A DNA stretch of 59,388 bases, filler included. It is 6 parts of 6 records of this genome, joined end to end, with 100 filler letters (N's around TTAATTAATTAA, not from the genome) between each part and the next. Parts side by side here need not be neighbours in the genome. Positions count along the whole stretch, not along the records: positions 33,434 to 59,388 come from DRR723986_7943; 5 more parts are not named here. One strand, 5' to 3'. The notes beneath the pieces were generated by a model. It was given only the letters and a program-made list of their open reading frames with translations, was not told the DNA's origin and searched no databases. Of the stretch, positions 52,284 through 59,388 are shown piece by piece. The translations under genes were made by a program, and so were the position numbers. The number at the start of each line of letters is the position of its first letter. Within the stretch, counting starts at the first letter, position 1.

Positions 52284-55200
52284 TCAGCTGGCGGCCAACT
52301 CTGCCGCCTCATCGACATCCACGGTCACCAGGCGTGACACGCCGGGCTCGTGCATGGTGACGCCCATGAGCTGGTCCGCCATTTCCATGGTGATCTTGTT
52401 GTGCGTAATAAAGATGAACTGCACTTTCTCCGACATTTCCTTGACCATGCGGGCGTAGCGCCCGACGTTGGCATCGTCCAGCGGCGCGTCAACCTCATCG
52501 AGCATACAGAACGGCGCCGGGTTGAGGTGGAAGATGGAGAACACGAGCGCAATCGCGGTCAGCGCCTTTTCACCACCGGAAAGCAGGTGGATGGTGCTGT
52601 TTTTCTTGCCCGGAGGGCGGGCCATGATCGAGATACCGGTATCCAGCAGGTCGTCGCCGGTCATTTCAAGGTAAGCGCTGCCACCGCCGAATACGCGGGG
52701 GAACAGCTCCTGCAAGCCGGCGTTGACCTTGTCAAAGGTCTCCCGGAAGCGGTTGCGGGTTTCCTTATCGATCTTGCGAATCGCGGACTCCAGGGTAGCC
52801 AGCGCCGTTTCGAGGTCCTCATTCTGGGCATCGAGGTACTGCTTGCGCTCTGACTGAAGGGAGAACTCGTCGATCGCTGCCAGGTTAATGGGCCCGAGCC
52901 GGGCGACACGGTTGGCAATACGCTCGAGATTACTCTGCCATTCGGGCTCATTGGCTCCTTCGGGCATGGTCTCCAGCACCTGCTGCACATCCTGGTTGGA
53001 TTCGGCCAATTGCTTATGCACCGTTTCCCGCTGCACTTTCAGGCCCTGGTTGTTGAGTCGATGCTGCTCCAGCTCACCTCGCACAGACGCCGCCCGCTGT
53101 TCTATAACGGCGCGCAGCTGCTCCGCCTCCCGCAGCTTGTGTTCGATCTCGGCAAGCTGCTGGCGCGCCTCGGCCAGCTCCGCTTCGGCCTCGAGGCGAA
53201 GCTTCAACTGCTGCTCCAGGTCCACCTGCAGCTGGGCCAGGGGCTGATCATTTTCCGCGAGGCTGGCCTGCAGGGTTTCCCGGCGCTCAATCAGCTGCGA
53301 AACCTGTCCCTCGGTGCGCCGAATCGAATCGCGCATGGCCGTCACCTGGGTCTGCAGCGACTGATGCCGCATAGCAGCCTGATGGGCCGCATCCTTATCG
53401 TGCCGCGCCTTCTGGCGCGCGGTATCCAGCGCGGATCGGGTCTCGTCCCGCGTTGACAGCAGGGTTTCGCGCTGCCGCGAATCGGTCTCCATTGACTCGA
53501 TGGCGGCGGCCAGCAGGGTGCGCGCTTCGGCCATGGCTTCCTGCTCATGCCGGAACTGTTCCCGCGACTCCTGCACGTCCCGGGCGAGGCGCTCGCGGCG
53601 GGCGATAAGCTGTTCCGCACGGGCACGCAGCGCGGATAGCTCAGCCCCCACTTCAGCGTGCTGCCGGGTGGCGGCCTGGAGTTCTCGCTGGGTGGCCTCG
53701 CGCCGTCCTTCAAGTTCGTGCAGCCCCTGCTGAGCAGCTGCCAGGGACTGCTCGAGTTCATTGGCGCGCTGGCTCACGCCGTCGATGTCGCCGGCCAGCG
53801 AGTCAAGCTCCGCCTGGCGCTCAATCACCCCGCCCTGACTGTCACCGAGCCGGTTGACCCGCAGCCAGTCACGTCCCAGCCAGATACCATCCGCGGTAAT
53901 AACGGATTCCCCGGCGGCCAGCTGGCCGCGCAGGGCCATGGCTGCACCGAGGTCCGGGGCTACCCGGATACCCGCCAGCAAATTGCTCGCCGCCGGCGCA
54001 CCCCTGACATGGGCAGCCAGGTAACCGTTTGCAGACGGTGCCGCCTGCCCTTGCTCCATCAGGCACAGCTGCCCCTGCTCCAGGTTGGCCAGCAAGTCCC
54101 CGAGGGACCCAATATCATCGACACAGACCGCCTGCAGGTAATCACCGAGAACTGTTTCGACCGCCAGCTGCCAGCCAGCATCAACCTGCAGTTGCTCGAG
54201 CAGGCGCGGCCGGGCGTCGAGCCCGTTGGCCTCCAGCCAGTGACCGGCCTGGTTACTGTCTTCCCGGGCCGCCTGCTGCAGCGCTTCCAGCGATGCCTGC
54301 CGGCCACGCAGCTGTTGCAGCCGCGAGCGACTGTCATCCAGCTCGCGGCCGATACGAGTAGCTTGCTCCCGACTGTCGGCTATACCGGCAACCAGGTCTT
54401 TGCCGGCAGCTTCGAGGCCAAGCATCTGCTGCTCTGCCTGCCCCTGGCGAGTTTCGAGATCTGCGATCGCGCTATCGTCCGGACCTGCAGTCAGCCCGGC
54501 TTTTTCCTGTTCCAGTTGCGCGATGCGATCCTGGAGGCGCTTGAGTACCTGCTCCAGGTGCTGAATCCTTGATTGCTGCACTTCAGCCTGCTGGCGCGGC
54601 TCCGCAGCATGACTATTGAAGTCATCCCATTGCTGCTGCCAGGCGTGCATGGCTTCCTCGGCAGTGGTCAGCTCGGTACCGGAGGTCTGCTCGCTGGCCT
54701 GCAGTTGCTGCAGCTCGGGCACCAGGCCCGCTAGCTCTTCGTCCCAGCCGGCCAGTCGCGCACCGTCTTCCTCCAGGTGAGTCTCTGACTCGACCAGGTT
54801 GTCGCGGGTTCGTGTGAGATCTTCCGCCAGTTGGCGGCCACGTTCCTGCTGGTGCTTGATCGTCTGCTCGATCCGCGCCACCTCGGCACCCAGGGAATAG
54901 TAATTTGCCTGCACCTGATTAAACACATCGGTGCGCTCGGTATGGTCAACCCGATGCTTCTCGATCGCGGTATCAACCTGCTGGTGCTCGGCGTGGACCG
55001 CCTCCAGCTTGACTTCCAACTCACCGACTGCCTGCGTACATTCGCCGATTCGGCTGTCCAGATCACGCCATTGCAGGGCTTGCAGCTGGGCTTTGAGCTG
55101 ACGCTCCTCTTCCTTGAACTCGGCGTACTTCTCCGCCGCCTGGGCCTGGCGCTGCAGGTGCTGGAGCTGGCGCTCCAGCTCGTCACGCAAATCAGTCAGG

Positions 55201-55778
55201 CGATCAAGGTTTTCCAGGGTGCGGCGCATCCGGCTCTCGGTTTCCTTGCGCCGCTCCTTGTACTTCGATATCCCCGCGGCTTCCTCGATGAATACACGCA
55301 GTTCTTCGGGCTTGGATTCGATCAGGCGGGAGATCATGCCCTGCTCGATAATGGCATAGCTGCGCGGGCCAAGGCCGGTGCCGAGGAAGATGTCGGTAAT
55401 GTCCCGGCGCCGGCAGCGGCTGCTGTTGAGGAAGTACTCGGACTGGCCTTCACGGGTGACCAGGCGCTTGATGGATATCTCGGCGTAACTGGCGTACTCA
55501 CCACCGATACCACCATCGGCATTGTCGAAGATAAGCTCGATCGATGCCTGGCCCACCGGCTGGCGATTCACCGAGCCATTGAAAATAACATCGGTCATGG
55601 ACTCGCCGCGGAGGTTCTTCGCGGAGCTTTCCCCCATGACCCAGCGCACGGCGTCAATAACGTTGGATTTTCCGCAGCCGTTCGGACCAACGACCGCCGC
55701 CATATTGCTCGGGAAGCTGACGGTCGTGGGGTCCACGAAGGACTTGAAACCGGCCAGCTTAATCGACTTTAGTCTCAT
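52284..55778 (-). CDS. smc: Chromosome segregation protein SMC
   Basis: GFKSF, GPNGCGKSN, coiled coils with hinge, LSGGEK and LDEVDAPLD. Confidence 0.98.
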   Translation of the reverse strand: MRLKSIKLAGFKSFVDPTTVSFPSNMAAVVGPNGCGKSNVIDAVRWVMGESSAKNLRGESMTDVIFNGSVNRQPVGQASIELIFDNADGGIGGEYASYAEISIKRLVTREGQSEYFLNSSRCRRRDITDIFLGTGLGPRSYAIIEQGMISRLIESKPEELRVFIEEAAGISKYKERRKETESRMRRTLENLDRLTDLRDELERQLQHLQRQAQAAEKYAEFKEEERQLKAQLQALQWRDLDSRIGECTQAVGELEVKLEAVHAEHQQVDTAIEKHRVDHTERTDVFNQVQANYYSLGAEVARIEQTIKHQQERGRQLAEDLTRTRDNLVESETHLEEDGARLAGWDEELAGLVPELQQLQASEQTSGTELTTAEEAMHAWQQQWDDFNSHAAEPRQQAEVQQSRIQHLEQVLKRLQDRIAQLEQEKAGLTAGPDDSAIADLETRQGQAEQQMLGLEAAGKDLVAGIADSREQATRIGRELDDSRSRLQQLRGRQASLEALQQAAREDSNQAGHWLEANGLDARPRLLEQLQVDAGWQLAVETVLGDYLQAVCVDDIGSLGDLLANLEQGQLCLMEQGQAAPSANGYLAAHVRGAPAASNLLAGIRVAPDLGAAMALRGQLAAGESVITADGIWLGRDWLRVNRLGDSQGGVIERQAELDSLAGDIDGVSQRANELEQSLAAAQQGLHELEGRREATQRELQAATRQHAEVGAELSALRARAEQLIARRERLARDVQESREQFRHEQEAMAEARTLLAAAIESMETDSRQRETLLSTRDETRSALDTARQKARHDKDAAHQAAMRHQSLQTQVTAMRDSIRRTEGQVSQLIERRETLQASLAENDQPLAQLQVDLEQQLKLRLEAEAELAEARQQLAEIEHKLREAEQLRAVIEQRAASVRGELEQHRLNNQGLKVQRETVHKQLAESNQDVQQVLETMPEGANEPEWQSNLERIANRVARLGPINLAAIDEFSLQSERKQYLDAQNEDLETALATLESAIRKIDKETRNRFRETFDKVNAGLQELFPRVFGGGSAYLEMTGDDLLDTGISIMARPPGKKNSTIHLLSGGEKALTAIALVFSIFHLNPAPFCMLDEVDAPLDDANVGRYARMVKEMSEKVQFIFITHNKITMEMADQLMGVTMHEPGVSRLVTVDVDEAAELAAS

Positions 55779-55857
55779 ATAACTTTATATGTCAGCTGTA
55801 TGTTTTTGTTTTTTATGGATTTATTCCGGAAATTCCACCAATCCACCCAAAACCGGA

Positions 55858-55873
55858 ACACAAGATGTAGTGT
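55858..55873. promoter_or_regulatory. Candidate NrdR box upstream of smc
   Basis: ACACAAGATGTAGTGT matches the 16-bp NrdR consensus acaCwAtATaTwGtgt at 14 of 16 positions. Confidence 0.65.
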
Positions 55874-55923
55874 ATCGACTTTGATTCGATAACACTATGC
55901 TTGAACAACAGAAAGTAGGAAAT

Positions 55924-57126
55924 TTAGCCGGGGTTGCGACTCAGGGTGATTTCCAGCGGCGTAGAGCCTGCATCCGGGACAACGGGACCCGCCTGCCCCA
56001 GCCAGGTGGCAGCGGCTTCTCCGGGGCGCCCGTCCGGTGATACCTGGACCACCACCACGACCTTTCCGGCCTCGGAAATCTTCTGTCCGGCCATCGAATT
56101 GGCGTCATCCAGGCGCAGGGTAATTGGCAATTGCGCGGCCGACAGGCGCTGCACCGCAATCGGCATGCGGCCGCCGGCATCCGGATTTCTAGCCAGCACA
56201 AACACGGTGTCGCTGGGCGCAATCTCAGCCCCCTCCGGCGCGGTAACGCTGACGGTCACGCCTGCCCCGGCGGACGATGCCTCCGCTTGCGCGCTGGCTA
56301 CCGCAACCCCGCCCTCGCCGAGACTCTCGCGAGCCCGCTCAATAACCGAGACAATCATGTTAGCGCTCTCCGAGCCGGACTGCTCCATGGCGAGCAAACG
56401 CTCCCAGTACTCAATCGCCGCGCGATATTTGCCTTCCTCAAAGGACGCCATCCCCAGCAGGCCCAGCGCGGTGCGCTGATGGGGGTCAGCGGCCAGCGCC
56501 TGTTCCGCCAGCAGGCGGGCGTCGTCACTGAGCACCCGGTTGGCGGCAAGAAACTCCGCCTGCGCGGCATAGGCCAGGGCCTGGGCATCGCCGGGGGCCG
56601 CGATGGCCAGATCCCGGTAGAGGGCCGCCGCACGGCCGTAGTCACCCTCCCCCATGTAGTAACGGCCGAGCAAAGCCGCATAGTGAAGGTTATCCGGCCG
56701 CTGCGCGGCGCGCGACTCGATCGCGTTAATCAGCGCATCCATCTCCGCCGGCGCCACGGTTTCGTCAAGCGTCTGCAGGCGCTCAACAATGAGCACGTCG
56801 GGGGCAGCGCCAAGACGGTAGTAAAGGAGACCTGCCACCAGCGCAATCAGCGGCATCAGTATCCAGGCAGGAAACTGTGGTGCCGGCGCACTGGCAGGCG
56901 CAGGCGACCCCTCAACACCGGCGGTGTCTTCCAGCAGGCGCAGGCGGGCGTCTTCGGTCAGCGCATCGTTGCCCTCCGTCGCCAATTCGGCTTCGCGCAG
57001 CCGATACCACTCCAGGTTGGTCCGGGCCTCGTCGTCAGCGACCGTGCGCAGATCGCGCCGGGAAAAGAGATAGAACAGACCACTGAACAGCACAAGGCCA
57101 ATACAGGCGAGAATCAGCGTGGTCAA
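55924..57126 (-). CDS. ccmI: c-type cytochrome biogenesis protein CcmI/CycH
   Basis: Two TMs, LYYRLG, TPR region and C-terminal VFVLAR...MPIAVQR...LDDANSM. Confidence 0.92.
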   Translation of the reverse strand: MTTLILACIGLVLFSGLFYLFSRRDLRTVADDEARTNLEWYRLREAELATEGNDALTEDARLRLLEDTAGVEGSPAPASAPAPQFPAWILMPLIALVAGLLYYRLGAAPDVLIVERLQTLDETVAPAEMDALINAIESRAAQRPDNLHYAALLGRYYMGEGDYGRAAALYRDLAIAAPGDAQALAYAAQAEFLAANRVLSDDARLLAEQALAADPHQRTALGLLGMASFEEGKYRAAIEYWERLLAMEQSGSESANMIVSVIERARESLGEGGVAVASAQAEASSAGAGVTVSVTAPEGAEIAPSDTVFVLARNPDAGGRMPIAVQRLSAAQLPITLRLDDANSMAGQKISEAGKVVVVVQVSPDGRPGEAAATWLGQAGPVVPDAGSTPLEITLSRNPG

Positions 57127-57587
57127 GAGCGCTCCTCCCCGCCGTCCAGCATGGCCTTCAAGCGCTGCTGCTCCTCCGGCGCCAGCGCTTGCCGGGCACC
57201 ATCTCCGCGCTGGCGAATCACCAGCGCGACCACACCGACGGCCAGCACCAGCAGGATCACCGGCGCCAACCAGAGCACCGCTGTCGCCCGGTCAAACCCT
57301 GGACGATAGCGCACAAACTCCCCATACCGCGCCACCATATAGTCGAGAATCTCCGCATCGCTCGCTCCGGCCTCCAACTGCTCGTACAGCAGACGACGCA
57401 GGTCCTGCGAGATCGGCGCATTGGAATCGGCGATATTCTGGTTCTGGCACTTGGGGCAGCGCAATTCCTGGCTTAGCTGGCGATAGCGGATCTCCAGTTG
57501 CGGATCGCTGAATTCATAGGTTTCGATAACTGCCAGTGCAGGCAGGCAGAACACCAGCAGCAGAAGCCCCAGCCCGGCAGTTCTCAT
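57123..57587 (-). CDS. ccmH: Cytochrome c biogenesis protein CcmH
   Basis: LRCPKCQNQNIADSNA and RYGEFVRY. Confidence 0.95.
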   Translation of the reverse strand: MRTAGLGLLLLVFCLPALAVIETYEFSDPQLEIRYRQLSQELRCPKCQNQNIADSNAPISQDLRRLLYEQLEAGASDAEILDYMVARYGEFVRYRPGFDRATAVLWLAPVILLVLAVGVVALVIRQRGDGARQALAPEEQQRLKAMLDGGEERS

Positions 57588-58126
57588 GGCCCTGCTCCCT
57601 CTAACACCAGTTCCCGGTAGATCGGCTCGAGACGCTCGCGCCAGATTCGCTCGTCGATAACCCCGACATGGCGATAGCGAACCAGCCCGCGAGCATCGAC
57701 AAAATAGGTTTCCGGCGCCCCGTAGACGCCGAGATCCAGACCCAGGGAACCGTCACGATCAACAATACTGGCGACGTAGGGATCGCCCAACTGGTCGAGC
57801 CAGCGGATAGCGGCCTGGTCCTCGTCCTTATAGTTGATACCGTAAATCGGTACACCGGCGTCCGCGAGTTGCTGCAGGTAGGGATGCTCAACACGACAGG
57901 AAACGCACCAGGTCGCCCACACGTTGAACAGCGCCGGGGAGCCTATCACCGCCTCGCGATCCAGGACCTCGTCCCTGCCGAGCACCGGCAGTTCGAAGGC
58001 CGGCAGTGGCCGGTCAATCAGCGCCGAGGGCAGTTCCTGGGGGTCCAGCTCCAGGCCCCGGGCCAGCAGCAGCGCCAGCACCGCAAACAGGATCAGCGGG
58101 ATAAACAGCTTAAGCCTGGGCGACAT
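57584..58126 (-). CDS. ccmG: Thiol:disulfide interchange protein DsbE/CcmG
   Basis: NVWATWCVSCRVEHP and GVYGAPET. Confidence 0.95.
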   Translation of the reverse strand: MSPRLKLFIPLILFAVLALLLARGLELDPQELPSALIDRPLPAFELPVLGRDEVLDREAVIGSPALFNVWATWCVSCRVEHPYLQQLADAGVPIYGINYKDEDQAAIRWLDQLGDPYVASIVDRDGSLGLDLGVYGAPETYFVDARGLVRYRHVGVIDERIWRERLEPIYRELVLEGAGP

Positions 58127-59387
58127 TCGCATCCCCGGCGCGCTGCGTTACGAGCGCCCGCTGGCGGCGGTAACGCTTATCAAACACAGTGACAAAACCG
58201 CCGACCGCCATAAGGATGGCGCCCAGCCACATCCAGCGCACCATGGGCTTGTAGTGCAAACGGATAGCCCAGGCGCCATCACTGCCAACAGGCTCGCCCA
58301 TCGCCACGAACAGGTCGCGCCACAGACCGGCATCGATCGCAGCTTCAGTCATAACCGAGCCGCTGGCGAGATAGCGTCGCTTCTGCGGCGCCAGCTCGGC
58401 TATTACTTCGCCGCCGTGCATAACCGTGAACCGGGCTTCGTCAGCAACGAAGTTCGGCCCTCGCACCGGCACCACCTCATTGAAGCGGAAGCTGTACCCG
58501 GCGATGGTATCGACCTGTCCAGGCCGCATTTTCAGGTCGTGTTCGACATTGTACTGGCTGGTCGCCACTACCCCGATAATGGCGGCAGCGAAACCGACAT
58601 GCGCCACCACCATACCCCAGTAGCTGGGCGTCAGGCGGCGCAGGCCGCGCAACAGCGAGTCGGCATTACGCACCTTGACTGCGATATCGCGCAGCAACCC
58701 GGCCAGTAGCCAGCCGGCAAGCACCAGCGCCAGCGCAACCCAGACGTTGTAGGGGCCATCCTGCACCAGCGGCAGGGTGAGTCCGCAAACCAGCACCACC
58801 AGCCCGGGTAACAACAGCTCCGAGAGCCAGCGAGAACCCGAATCACCCTTCCAGCGAGACACGGGACCTAGCCCCATGAACGGGGTAAGCAAGGCCATCA
58901 GCGGCACAAATACCGCATTGAAATAGGGCGGACCCACGGAGTACTTGCCCTGCCCCAGAGCGTCCATAAGCAGCGGGAACAAGGTGCCGAACAGGACGGT
59001 TAGCGTGGCTACCAGGAACACCACGTTGTTTACCAGCAGCAAGGTTTCGCGGGACACCCAGCTGAACTGTACCCGGCTGCCAACCGCAGGGGCGCGCAGT
59101 GCGTAAAGGGTGAGCGAACCGCCAACCACCAGCCCAAGAAATACGAGGATGAACAGGCCACGGGCGGGATCAGTGGCAAAGGCATGTACCGAGGTGAGTA
59201 CGCCGGAGCGCACCAGGAAGGTACCGAGCAAGCTGAGGGAAAACGCAAAAATAGCCAGCAGCACGGTCCAGCTTTTGAACAAGCCGCGCTTTTCGGTCAC
59301 CGCCAGCGAGTGCACCAGGGCGGTCCCTGCCAGCCAGGGCATGAAAGAGGCGTTTTCCACCGGATCCCAGAACCACCAGCCGCCCCA
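58110..59387 (-). CDS. ccmF: Heme lyase CcmF, 5'-truncated
   Basis: WGGWWFWDPVENASFMPW, GTFLVRSG and SVHAFA. Confidence 0.97.
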   Translation of the reverse strand, partial: WGGWWFWDPVENASFMPWLAGTALVHSLAVTEKRGLFKSWTVLLAIFAFSLSLLGTFLVRSGVLTSVHAFATDPARGLFILVFLGLVVGGSLTLYALRAPAVGSRVQFSWVSRETLLLVNNVVFLVATLTVLFGTLFPLLMDALGQGKYSVGPPYFNAVFVPLMALLTPFMGLGPVSRWKGDSGSRWLSELLLPGLVVLVCGLTLPLVQDGPYNVWVALALVLAGWLLAGLLRDIAVKVRNADSLLRGLRRLTPSYWGMVVAHVGFAAAIIGVVATSQYNVEHDLKMRPGQVDTIAGYSFRFNEVVPVRGPNFVADEARFTVMHGGEVIAELAPQKRRYLASGSVMTEAAIDAGLWRDLFVAMGEPVGSDGAWAIRLHYKPMVRWMWLGAILMAVGGFVTVFDKRYRRQRALVTQRAGDANVAQA

Positions 59388-59388
59388 G

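Overview
This window is not one locus. It is six contigs joined by 100-nt artificial linkers (44 N + TTAATTAATTAA + 44 N). (1) 1-6047, Rhodobacteraceae-like: sterol desaturase, surface-polysaccharide genes, ExoD and a bacterial voltage-gated Na+ channel. (2) 6148-11360, very GC-rich Rhodobacteraceae-like: hom, TetR, two lipoprotein c-type cytochromes, PaaI and DMT. (3) 11461-17802, an integrative or satellite-like mobile element. It has two tyrosine recombinases, an unknown protein with an SSB-like acidic tail, a primase-less SF3 helicase, a His-Cys/HNH endonuclease, small ORFs and a striking 7-bp-period (A/G)TAA array. (4) 17903-23655, most likely eukaryotic: one >5.6-kb exon of a giant multi-lectin protein (2 phage-tail-like domains, 5 LamG, LecA-like, SUEL, C-type lectin) ending at a GTGAGT splice donor. 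(5) 23756-33333, Rhodobacteraceae housekeeping: acyl-CoA dehydrogenase, 2 MerR/LiuR, Mn transporter with a Mur-like box, PaaI pair, MATE, arsC, pyrD and others. (6) 33434-59388, gammaproteobacterial (Halieaceae/Pseudomonadales-like): partial tRNA-Glu, a porin with five in-phase Pho-box repeats, phoU-pstBACS-phoRB, a three-gene 2-oxoacid oxidoreductase, SLT-ligA-zipA-smc and ccmI-H-G-F. The best candidates for something new are the contig-3 element and the contig-4 multi-lectin protein. All family and taxonomic calls come from motif recognition; no database search was run.
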